64,000 nucleotides of DNA from Octopus sinensis (lineage: Eukaryota). The notes under the pieces were generated by a model that saw only the letters and a program-made list of their open reading frames with translations, was not told the DNA's origin and made no database searches. The number at the start of each line of letters is the position of its first letter. Position 1 is the first letter of the stretch. The translations under genes and the position numbers were made by a program. Positions 12,580-24,730 of the stretch are shown here, piece by piece. The stretch is taken from assembly GCF_006345805.1 (NCBI RefSeq), contig NC_042997.1, forward strand, positions 98,270,001 to 98,334,000, written 5' to 3'.

Positions 12580-12865
12580 AAGGCGCGTGGCTTAGTGGTG
12601 AGGGTATTCTGTTCACGATCGTAAGGTCACGAGTTCGATTCTCAACGGCGCCTTGTGTCCTTGAGCAAGACACTTTATTTCACGTTGCAGCAGTATACTC
12701 AGCTGAAAAAAATTAATAGTACCTGTATTTCAAAAGGCCAGCCTTAGTGGGGGGCTGGTATGCATAGGTGACTGCTAGTCTTCCATAAACAACTTTGCCC
12801 AGACTTGTGCCTTGGAGGGGACCTTCCTTGGTGCAATTCCTTTGTCATTCATGACTGAAGTGGGT
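12580..12865 (+). mobile_element. tRNA-derived SINE (family B)
   Basis: A box tggcttagtgg, B box gttcgattc, conserved core gtccttgagcaagacacttt, and 3' ggtcttccataaacaac..gcccagacttg shared with 18225-18560. Confidence 0.8.
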
Positions 12866-13213
12866 ATTTACCCTTTACTCTTTACAACACTCTAAATTTG
12901 TGCCTTATTCTATTTTGACTCCACGTAACAGTAAAAAAGTAAGAACATGTATGCAAAAGGTAAGACAATTAGGAACTTGCAGCTTTGTTCCCTGCTTATA
13001 ACATTACATTATTTAGAGAATAACCTCGATAATCTAAGGATTTTAAGGGACCTTCTTTGTTCCTGTCACAATTCTATTTTAAAATTTTGTGCCAGTTGTT
13101 TTTAAATTTGGTGTACTGATGCAGTTTTGTATGCTAATCTTTGCCATAAATTAAGAAATAAAATTTAATAGCTTTTAAAGTTTGTAATTAATGTTGAACT
13201 TATTTCCTAAAAG

Positions 13214-13386
13214 GTGCAAAACTGGTGGAAGCTTTGGAAAACAGTGTTTCTGAATACCCCAAATTAGAAGGACGTTTCGGTCAAGTGTCAGGAATCATAT
13301 TCGGGTTCGATCCCAGTAAACCACAAGGTCACCGAGTGGAGTCAGAATTGATAAAAGTACAAGGCGAGTATTTAGAGTTAGAAAAG
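13214..13386 (+). CDS. 5'-nucleotidase-like exon, phase 1/0
   Basis: cctaaaag|GT...AAG|gtatgt. GAKLVEALENSVSEYPKLEGRFGQVSGIIFGFDPSKPQGHRVESELIKVQGEYLELEK, with ALENSV and GRFxQVSG motifs. Confidence 0.95.
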
Positions 13387-13468
13387 GTATGTTCATATTT
13401 TTGTTTCATTTCTATTTATCATTATATCATTATCATAGTTGATATATATATTATATATATATATGTAT

Positions 13469-13503
<35 letters not shown>

Positions 13504-13533
13504 GGTATGTTCATATATATATATATGTATATA

Positions 13534-13583
<50 letters not shown>

Positions 13584-15042
13584 AATTCAATACTGTATGT
13601 ATTTTTCAGGCTAAAATTATGTCATTAATGAGTCATAATTTTATTACCAAAATTATTAACAGGAAACATATATATCGACTAAAATATATAAGTTACTTTT
13701 CATAATATAAGTTGTAACAGGAATGGGATTTCAAGTGTTGCCAAGTTAAAAAATTAGAAGCAAAGAAAAGTGAGAGGAAGGTGGGTGGGAAGGAGATAGA
13801 AAGACAGAGAGAGAGAGAGAGAGAGGGGGGGAGAGAGAGAGAAAGAGAGGGAGCATGACACTAAGTGTGGGTTTAACTCAAGGAACAATTACAAGATTGA
13901 TTGTCCAAACCTGTATTCAGCACATAGACCAGTTCAACATGATAGAACAATATCCGTTCATTTTCTCGAAAATGACAAACCAGCATCTATTGATTTTGGA
14001 ATTGACAATTATGTAAGTACATCTTTTAGAGCAGCTGAGTGCTACATCTGAATAAATGAAGTTTTATCTACGAATGTTTATTCAAGAGTGTTTGAATAAC
14101 CTTTAAATATTTAGATAGTAAGCAGAACGTTTTATCTTAAGACTAGAGAGAGGTAATTTACTTCATCAAAATGTACAGCCGCTCTCAAATAGGAAATTAT
14201 CTTTTAGCAATAAACTCTATAGTAGGAAGTCAATTTTGCATATACAATGCAACCAATTAACTCATCCGAACCTTACCGCCTGTAAAACAGGTATATAAAG
14301 CCCATCTCCATATCACATTCGGTTCACATAAATAAAGACATAATAAAATAAATATACAGTTTGGTACCATCTGGTATCGCGTTTATCAATGGGTTATCTG
14401 GGGACATTCCAGTGTTATTTGCATGCTAATGGTGTTGCTGAGAGCGATAAAAAATGCGCTTGTTTCTTACGCCTATCTAATACTTCTATATCAAGCGTTA
14501 CTGTATGTGATGAGGAAAAACTGTACAGAATCGGAATCAGCACCAAGAAGGCATTCATTCTGATGTAAAAAAAAAACGGTTGTCGACAAGGGAGTATTCT
14601 TTTCTAATTTGCATATTAATTTCTGGCACTTTGTGTATAAACTTTGAAATTTAGCTCGTATGTTATGGGTTGAGTTTTCGCTCCATACATACATACATAC
14701 ACAGTACATACATACATACATACATACATACATACATACATGCATACATGCATACATACATACATACATACATACATACACACACACGCACACACACAGA
14801 TATATAATATTATGTGTCCGTGTGTGTGTCTATGCGTCTGTGTTTGTGCGTGTGTATAAAAGATATATAAGCTATATATATATATATATATATATATGTT
14901 TGTGATTGCATATGTGCATGCACAACAGAATACCGACATGAATATAATGTTTTTATGATACATTCTGACAAAAAATATAATTATGGTTGATGAATACGTA
15001 TAAGAGACAACTGCATTTATCGAACTTTACCTGTTTTGCCAG

Positions 15043-15120
15043 ACATATCTCTTATGTACAAAAGCTTATCTCGCACATGGAAAAGATGGCTACGACATGT
15101 TCAAAGATTGTGAGTTTATG
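15043..15120 (+). CDS. 5'-nucleotidase-like exon, phase 0/0 (not in ORF track)
   Basis: ttttgccag|ACA...ATG|gtaaat. TYLLCTKAYLAHGKDGYDMFKDCEFM, matching the family Y..xGxDGY motif; the frame fits both neighbours. Confidence 0.92.
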
Positions 15121-16496
15121 GTAAATATCCAATTTCCTTATTTTGTTATCTCGTCTCTTTAATTATATAATGTTATTTTCGTTTCTGATTTTTATCATTG
15201 CATCACAAAATTCATCTGGTGGAGATGAAAACCAAAAACTAAATTTGGTTAGGGTTATGAGAAACAGAAGCAAGTATATTTTTATATAAAACAAGACCGT
15301 TGAGGATGTTTTGTAGTAGCTGAGGGCAAATAGCAATCAGTTACATTTGAATTGAAATAAAAACGACACACTGGAATAGGTAATCCTAGATTACCTATTT
15401 AAAATGATGTTAAATTCATAGTGGAGATATCTTTCTTAGTTTGATCAGGGCTGACCCAGAAATAAACAATAATGACAACATCATCATCAATATCATCATC
15501 AACAACAATATCAGCAATAACAACAACTGAACCAATAGCATGAAGATCGATATTTCGACTACATTTTTCTAACATTTGTTAAAAGCTAACTTAGTTTTAT
15601 CCAAAAGAAGAAAAATGAGTGCATGATTACTACTTACAAACGTACAAATGGACTTGAAAACAAGTTTCTTCTGTCACATAAATAAGTTGCAAGATTTGTA
15701 AGATATAATTGGAATATATATATATATATAAATTGTGTAAATACTAGCATATGAAATCGTTGGTAGCACTATTGACATTGACAAATAAAGCGCGCATGCA
15801 CGCGCACACACATATGCAGGATCACTGGCTTAGTATTAGCATATGGAAAATAAATCAACCTTCTGCCTTTGGATTCAAGTAGTGAAATTGGATTACAGAC
15901 TTGACTAGTTAAAATGTTATCTTCTCTGATGTACTGGAAATGTTTACTTTAATAGAGAGCATCGAACTACTTTACGAGAGTGAGTATAGTAAGATCTCAG
16001 GTATCAGCAAGCCGAGCCCAATACCTTTGTGATTTCTGTTTTCTCTTCAGTTTTTCCACTTTCGTCCAATGGGGAACACTATACACGCCACATCTATTCT
16101 TGTACTCCCGTTGTTGATGGGGATTATAAATATTTTTTACACATATAACTCATTGTGTAACATTAAGATTTTGACTAAATGTACGACTTTAGTACGTAGA
16201 ACAAAGATTTATCTACAAGAATATTATTTAGTTGCATAGTCCGGATATTGTCATTATAATAAAACTAAACCTTATCAAATGCTGTTGAATATCTGTTTTG
16301 TTCTCAGTCAAAGTTCTTTTAAATGGCTATCATTTCCAAACCGAAAAATAATTGCTTACCACTTAAAACATAAATCATCATCAACCCCCAAATAATTCTT
16401 TCTAACGTAGATTTGATTTACTTTCTATTTGAATGCCGATTGTCTCATATTTAATAAACGTATCAATTAAAATTGTATTTGCTTTTTTACACATAG

Positions 16497-16621
16497 GTTA
16501 ATGAAGATGAAGGTCCTGTTTTATCGACTGCTGTGAGAAACCACTTTGAATCCGTTCAAATGATTCAAGGTATCAAATCATGTCGATCTGGACATCGTCA
16601 GTCACTAATTGGTCTCGTCAG
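16497..16621 (+). CDS. 5'-nucleotidase-like exon, phase 0/2 (not in ORF track)
   Basis: acatag|GTT...GTCAG|gttcgt. VNEDEGPVLSTAVRNHFESVQMIQGIKSCRSGHRQSLIGLV(R). Confidence 0.88.
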
Positions 16622-17291
16622 GTTCGTAGCTTGCTATTTTGTATAGAATTTCTTTGAAAGTACATAAATTCATTTGAATTAAAAGGCTTTTTCTTGCTTT
16701 GAACCTTCGACGCCTGAAAGAGTTGTAAGGATGCTGTCGTGAAATACGGTGTGATTCCACACTTAAATCTTGCAAGAAACCGTTTTCCTTCAGGTCTGAG
16801 GATAGCCAATTTAGTCCGGAGAAGGAGTAAATGTGAATGATCAAATCTAAAATGGTTGTTGATTTCTCTAACTCAGGGCAGTTCGAGGTACACTTGCCCG
16901 CGGCAGGATTTGAGCCAAGAGGAATACAGCAAATTATTCTAGAGACACTTATGATATGCCGCCAAATGAGGAAACATTGAAAGTAAAAGTAGTTGCATAC
17001 AGAAATGAATTACACAAATACTAAATGTTATATATTTGTATGTACGTATGCATGTATATATGTATATGTATATATATGTATGTATATATCTTTTTATATC
17101 TACATACGTATGTATACGTATATATATATATATATATATATGAATGTGTATATGTGTATAAATATATATATGTATATATATTATACATGGTGTTTATAAA
17201 ATATATATATATGTATGTATGTATACATATATCTGAACATACATATATATATATACACATACACATACATATATATAGATATATGATATAT

Positions 17292-17334
<43 letters not shown>

Positions 17335-17828
17335 ATATATATATAACATATATATATGCCTACATATTATCTTTATGTAGATGCATATATATCATATATC
17401 TTTTTATATATAGATATATGGTATATATATACATATATATGATATATATATATATGATATATATATATATGTATATATATATGTACATATATATTTATAT
17501 ATATGAGATATATACGCATATATGTATATACATACACACATACATTATAAATATTAATTTTATATATATATATTATATATATATATATATATATACATAC
17601 ATACACACACACACAGTTATATGTGCGTGCGCACGTGTATATCTATGCTTATATGTATAACCTTTCTTATTTCTTTACCTCCTGCTTGTTGGTTTGCTCG
17701 GCTGACTGAGTGTCAACCAAAAGTTTCGTAGGTTCTCTTCTCTGCAAAGTAGTTATTTGATTCTATGGGGCGAAGTATTTTTGAGAGACAAAACATGTGG
17801 CTTGTAATATTTTTGTGTTTTCTTACAG

Positions 17829-17979
17829 AAAAAAGAGTCTTATTAATAAAAAGGGTGACGAGAACAAGAAATCGAAACCGCGACATTTGGTCAGACAAGA
17901 ATCCATCCACGATGTAGAGAATGAACTTTGCAACCTAGCACCAATAGTAGAAGGCAGAATATTTATGCTAGACGACGTT
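17829..17979 (+). CDS. 5'-nucleotidase-like exon, phase 2/0
   Basis: cttacag|A...GTT|gtaagt. KKSLINKKGDENKKSKPRHLVRQESIHDVENELCNLAPIVEGRIFMLDDV, ending in the family-terminal APxVEGRI motif. Confidence 0.9.
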
Positions 17980-18224
17980 GTAAGTTTCTGTTAAATTTCA
18001 TACTTATTTCAAATCGTAAATACTTTTTTAAAATAAGCTTTCATGAGTAAGAGAAAACATTCCTGAGAACTTATGCATACAATCAGTTTTCTTTTTTTTT
18101 TGTAAGAAACATTCGCACATTACAGTTTTATGTGTTTTGGATTTCCTTACAGCATGTCTCTGCCTGCTCCACTGCATACACACACGTACGTACGTACCTA
18201 TGTATGTATATATGTATGTATGTG

Positions 18225-18560
18225 AAGGCGCATGGCTCAGTGGTTAGAGCGTCGAGCTTACGATCGTGAGGTTGTGAGCTCGAATCCCGGACCGGGCTGC
18301 TTGTTGAGTTCTTGAGCAAGACACTTTAATTCACGTTGCTCCAGTTAACTCAGCTGTAGAAATGAGTTGCGACGTCACGGGTCCCAAGCTGTATCGGCTG
18401 CTGCCTTTTCCTTGGATAACACTGGTGGCGTGGAGAGGGGAGGCCGGTATGCATGGGCGACTGCTGGTCTTCCATAAACAACCTTGCCCGGACTTGAGCC
18501 TCGGAGGGTAACTTTCTAGGTGCAATCCCATGGTCAGTGTCGTGACCGAAGGGGGTCCAC
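18225..18560 (+). mobile_element. tRNA-derived SINE (family B), full length
   Basis: tggctcagtggttagagcg (A box), gctcgaatccc (B box), ttgagcaagacacttt core. Confidence 0.85.
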
Positions 18561-18715
18561 CCCCCGATATACGTACGTACGTACGTATGTGTGTATGTAT
18601 GTATGTATGTATGTATGTATGTATGTATGTATGTATGTATGTACTCACACACACACAACAAATGAGAATGTGATTGTTTCTAAAATCAATGGCAGCTATA
18701 ATCCAATATGGACTC

Positions 18716-19195
18716 TCTCTTTACTCTTTTACTTGTTTCAGTCATTTGACTGTGGCCATGCTGGAGCACCGCCTTTAGTCGAGCAAATCGACCCCAGGAC
18801 TTATTCTTTGTAAGCCTAGTACTTATTCTATCCGTCTCTTTTGCCGAACCGCTGCGCTACGGAGACGTAAACACACCAGCATCTGTTGTCAAACGATGTT
18901 GGGGGGACAAACACAGACTCATAAACAGACACACACGCACACACGCACACACGCACACACACACACATACACACACACACACATACATACACACACACAC
19001 ACACACATATATATATAAATATATATACACATATATACGACGGTCTTTTCCGTCTACCAAATCCACTCACAAGGCTTTGGTCGGCCCAAGGCTATAGTGG
19101 AAGACACCTGCCCAAGGTGCCATGCAGTGGGATTGAACCCGGAACCATGTGGTTCATAAGCAAGCTACTTACCACACAGCCATTCTTACGCCTAA
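18716..19195 (-). mobile_element. tRNA-derived SINE (family C) with an internal (CA/TA)n tract
   Basis: Minus-strand head ggctgtgtggtaagtagcttg..ggttcaatccc. Homologous copies at 30005-30445, 61997-62395 and fragments at 42420-42680, 43130-43300, 59903-60060. Confidence 0.85.
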
Positions 19196-19838
19196 ACAAT
19201 GACTCTATACAATGACTAAAAATCTCAATTTTGACATATTATTTTAACATGACTGTAATGCGTGGGTACTATGCACCACGCCGGAATAAATGTTTTAAAC
19301 AGGCAACGTCAAAAGATTGTAATACATGTCGCGTTTTAATGTCACATTGTCACAAGCACTAAAGCGAGTAACTTTTATATTTATAATTCCTTGGAAGTAT
19401 GCGAAACTGCGAGAATCGTAACAGTATCATATTTGTTAATCTTAATACATTCTGACAGATTCTAACGTAAATATCAGTCGCTGTTGTTTTTCCATTAGCG
19501 GAGGACATCCCCTCTCTTTAGGCGATGTGTGTTCATAACATGCGTGAATTACCAGCCTAAGGAAACTTTGAGACCGAGGTGTTTCGACCTTATTGTGTAC
19601 CTACTCTGTCAAATCTTCATCGCAGACCATAAACCCGACAAGAACACGAGCATTTGTTTATAGGTATCAATAGAGAAATAATTTGCTGATGTGTACTAAT
19701 GTCTGCCGAACAGATAAAAATCTATAGAATGCACGCGGAACAGCAAGAATCCAAACAAAATGCCTAGCCACCTTAAATGTTCTACTTTGGTGGAGGTTTC
19801 TGGCTTATCTTCCAAAGTAAGGCATATACATTTCCCCA

Positions 19839-19877
<39 letters not shown>

Positions 19878-19879
19878 TA

Positions 19880-20396
19880 TAAATGCACTGATACAGTACC
19901 AGACAATGGCTCTCATGGTTTTTGATCCTAACTGATTGGAAGTGTTATCATGTACATGTTTTGTCTTCGTACAAAAGGTTCACTTGTCAGTTGTTTGACC
20001 ATAATCAGTTGAGCATGTCCCTTGGTGGCTGACGATATTTGCATCTCTTATCACGAGCAGAAGGGAAACATTATAGCCAAAGGCTGAGAGGAATTCTTTG
20101 GGGTTTGAATAATTCACCTCTAGAAACATGGGTGTCTCATTCATAATCCTTAAACCTTATTGAGGGAACGTTTCTGCAGGCTGGGCTACTTGATCTGAAG
20201 AAAATATTAACTGGGCCCCACCGGCAAGGTCATGCACTGTATATTTTGAAGTGAGATGATGACCGTATCGCGCACATATGGTTGTGATACTTATGCCTGA
20301 TGTACTTTCATCGGACATGTAGTCATGATGGGTATATTGCGCTTCATTTATTTGTACCTCTGTGCCACCTTGATGGCAAGCACTGCTCTTTCACTC
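19880..20396 (+). mobile_element. ~500-bp non-coding interspersed repeat flanked by (AAT)n; probable 5'-truncated LINE 3' UTR
   Basis: Same sequence at 46780-47274, 50477-51012 and a minus-strand internal fragment at 8375-8483. Full copies share the 3' end ctgctct..actc(aat)n and differ at the 5' end. Confidence 0.7.
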
Positions 20397-20431
<35 letters not shown>

Positions 20432-20444
20432 TAATAGTAGCTGC

Positions 20445-20502
<58 letters not shown>

Positions 20503-21617
20503 ACACATTTATTACAAAATTTCTTTACTAACTAGTTTTAACTCTTTATCTGTCAAAAACATTATATTGGCGTTTGTTATGCTAATGAGTAGTTCTTTCT
20601 GAATAGCCAATCTTTTTTTCATTTTTATTTCGTATTGAAGCTTTGAAACAAAGCTTTTATAATTTTCAGTAGACGAAACGGAATGGTAGGTATGTGGTTC
20701 GTGTCGCTTTTGCTCCTTTCATCACAAGGGACTTAACTAGTGACTACAAAAAGTAACTTCCGTCACAATGTTCTTGAATGTACTCGGGGATGTAAGTTAA
20801 TTAACGTACACTGCATTTGAGTGGTGAAAATATTTACTTCGATTTTCAATCAGACCATACACATTTTTACATGAGCACAGTCATTTGGATGGATGTGAAT
20901 GTGTTTATATATGTATATAATATCTGTGAAATACTTTGATAATTACTGACTGGAACTTTTGAACTTCCACAAAGTTAATATTTAACATAGAGCAAACAAT
21001 CTATTTCTCTAATTAAATGCATTATATTTCAATAAACATTCTCCACCAACTACATTCTCAAAAATAAATGCAAAGTACAATAATGTTTGCTCAGCACAGA
21101 ATCATTAGTCATGTCCCTTATCAGGGAAGCAACATAAGCGACAGTAACCACAAACTTAATATTTATGTCACTTGTCATGAGCAACAAATCTTATCGAAGT
21201 TAACTCACTACCACGTGCAAAATAAACACGAGAATAGAAAGACAGTTGAGACAATTGGGAAAACTTTGTATTCCAGGTTTATGTATAAGTAAAATATTTG
21301 ATAATTTTTAATGAAAACGAAACTTTCGCAATATATATTTACATACACGAGTTAAAAAAAAAAAAAAGGAGAATCAGTTTGAAGGGAAACTATTCATTAC
21401 ATAAACCATTTTCTGCATATTCTAATAGATATAACTACATTTTTAAGTAAAACATATTTGCTATTTCAGTAATGTAAATATATGTAAATAAATCTTAAAA
21501 AAAAAAAGAAAAAAACTCCAAGTGCATTTTCAACTCCGCTTCGTTATACTTGTACTCTTGTGAAAAGTTATTTTCTTGTACATATATGCACTTACGATAC
21601 AGTATGCTTACTGGGTA

Positions 21618-21676
<59 letters not shown>

Positions 21677-21778
21677 TGTGTGTGTGCCTGTGTAAGGATG
21701 AATTGAATGTCCCTGCATGAAAAAATAATGTAATAATTTAAAAAATAAAACCTATCTTTTCTATATTTCTATTTACAG

Positions 21779-21913
21779 AAGCGAGAGGTGATGTTAAGTT
21801 TAAAACAGTCATCCGAGCATCTATTAAGTGCCGCAGTTCCTGAGGAGACTGGATATAACGGGAGTCACCAGACAACTCCAAACTCGGACAACGAAAGGAA
21901 TCTTGTTCCGTAG
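21779..21913 (+). CDS. Probable terminal coding exon of the 5'-nucleotidase-like gene
   Basis: Polypyrimidine tract and atttacag|AAG; phase-0 frame KREVMLSLKQSSEHLLSAAVPEETGYNGSHQTTPNSDNERNLVP* with TAG at 21911-21913. Supported by splice signal and phase only, with no conserved motif. Confidence 0.7.
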   Translation, partial: KREVMLSLKQSSEHLLSAAVPEETGYNGSHQTTPNSDNERNLVP

Positions 21914-22078
21914 ATACTGCTTTTATATAAACATTTCATTTTCTTGGAAAAGTTTTGATAAGGATAAAACCCAATGAACATAGAACATAGGTTAAACCAA
22001 AAGAACAACAATATAAGCAACAACAATGACCTCGATGATAACACCAACAACAGCAGCAGCAACAGCAACAACAACAGC

Positions 22079-22109
<31 letters not shown>

Positions 22110-22112
22110 GTA

Positions 22113-22152
<40 letters not shown>

Positions 22153-22566
22153 GAAGTTTGGCGAAATAGTCTAGAGTTTCCATAGAAATTTGAATCAAGT
22201 CTCGCGGATGGCACCTGCGAAGTATGGTAATAGTGAATGATAATAATAATGATAATGATAATAATAATAATGATGATAATAATAATAATAATAATAATAA
22301 TAATATAATAATAATAACAATAATAATAATAATGACTAGGATTTCTTTCAATTGATCTGAAAGTCATAGGATTCTTTTCGGTAGAGCAGTTAAAAATCAT
22401 CGTCAACAACACGTAAGATTAATAATAGGTAACATCCTGAAATAGAATACTGTTAAAAGTAACAAAAGTGATAGACCGTTACAAATGAAGAATAAAATGG
22501 AAACATATACTGACACAAAGAATAAATTATTTGAAAAATAAAAGCACCAGATGTGATATAGTATGT

Positions 22567-22646
<80 letters not shown>

Positions 22647-22856
22647 CATATATGTATATATATTATATGCATATATGTTCCTATGTATGTACGTATGTAT
22701 GCATGTATGTATCTTCGTATGTGGACCAGTATATAAGTAAAAATGAATATATATCGTGTTACATATGTGTGCAATCATTTACGTATATACTTACTTACAG
22801 GGTGTGCATGTGTGTGTGCAAAATCATCTATATATATATATATATGTATATATATG

Positions 22857-22895
<39 letters not shown>

Positions 22896-23329
22896 GAGCA
22901 TGTTTGTAGATACGCATGTATGTGCATACATGTATATGTAGACACACACATATACGCACACACACACATATATATATATATTGTAATTGGAGGGATATAA
23001 TATCCAGGCAGATGCCGAATTTCTCTCAGTAAAATGCCAAGCCTAATTCATTCTGATGGTACGTTTTTTGATAAACCTCCTTCAACTTCCATCCGATGTT
23101 TTAGGTTATTTCTTGGCTACATAGGGTGTACATAAGCAACAACAATGAGCTCGATGATAACACCAACAACAGCAACAACAAATACAGTACAACAGTGGTA
23201 ATAAGGAGAGTGAAGAATTTCAGCTCTCAAACTTCATGTTCATTTCCAGTTAGTTTATTCATTATAATTGTCTAATATATTAACTGGAAATAAGCATAAC
23301 GTTTGAAGGTTCAAATTCTTCATTGCCCT

Positions 23330-23338
23330 TATTATCAA

Positions 23339-23374
<36 letters not shown>

Positions 23375-23623
23375 TGTATGTATGTATGTATGTATGTATG
23401 TATGTATGTATGTATGTATGTATGTATGTATATAATATATATATATATATATATAATATATATGTGGGTGTGTGTGTGTGTATGTATATGCATATATATG
23501 TTTATATATGTATGAAATTTCGTACGTACATATATACATGTATATATACATGTATGTATATATATATATGCGTATACACACACACACACGCATACACACA
23601 CACGTACACATATATATACATAC

Positions 23624-23661
<38 letters not shown>

Positions 23662-23896
23662 ATATATATATATATATATATATAGATATATATATATATA
23701 GAAAGTGGAGAATTTGAATGCATAAAATACCAATATATTTATATAATAGTCAATTTCATATCGCCTACATAATTTCAATTTCTTACCTTCATTCATATTT
23801 TGCAATTAATATTGCATTATGCATTTAAAAGGTAAGATCTCATCAGGGCAAAAATTGACAAAGATTCAATCCCATCATAATATATGTACGGATGTG

Positions 23897-23972
<76 letters not shown>

Positions 23973-24013
23973 GTGTGGTGTGTATGTATGTATTCATTAT
24001 ATGTATACATGCA

Positions 24014-24049
<36 letters not shown>

Positions 24050-24351
24050 ATGTGTATGTATGTATATATCGTGTAGTAAGTAGACATATGAACATACACA
24101 GACGAAAGGAAAACATACAAGGTCACCGATTCCTTTTCAGTTATCGACTCGATCCTCTGGCCGCTGATTTAAGAGAATTTAGTGACCTTTTGTGTTTTCT
24201 GTTCCTCTGTGTATTTAGTATATGTTCCTATGTTTATTTACTAAACACTTTTTTAATTATATCTATATATGGGTGTTTGTGTTTATTTATACAGGTGTAT
24301 CATATTTTCTGTTTTCTTTTTATTTAAGCCTGAAAATATTATCATGTATAT

Positions 24352-24382
<31 letters not shown>

Positions 24383-24632
24383 GATATAATATATATATAT
24401 CTATATATATATATATATATATCTATATATATATGTATATGTGTGTGGTGTGTGTGTTTGTGTGTGTCTGTGTGTCTGTGTATTTATGTAGATGCATCTG
24501 TATACACCTGTATATGTTACATATCTCCTTGCGTATGCAGACATTCTTGTGTTCGTATTTTTATTGTTTGTATGCGTATATGTATGTATGTATGTATATA
24601 TATATATACATATGTGTATATATATGTATAAA

Positions 24633-24663
<31 letters not shown>

Positions 24664-24670
24664 ATATATA

Positions 24671-24729
<59 letters not shown>

Positions 24730-24730
24730 T
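23330..24730. repeat. Compound (TA)n/(TATG)n/(TG)n microsatellite field; similar fields at 750-900, 11510-11850, 13440-13580, 17020-17660, 22560-22980, 29080-29420, 62890-63210
   Basis: Directly visible. These fields explain the poly-YI/MYVC ORFs in the track. Confidence 0.95.

Noticed and set aside
18225-18300. tRNA-like sequences here and at 12580, 42755 and 59903
   Set aside because: A and B boxes are present, but they run into SINE bodies and I could not complete a cloverleaf with an acceptor stem.
19570-19630. Hammerhead-like motif on the minus strand (GCGAUGA...CGAAAC...GUC)
   Set aside because: The core deviates at two positions and stem I does not pair.
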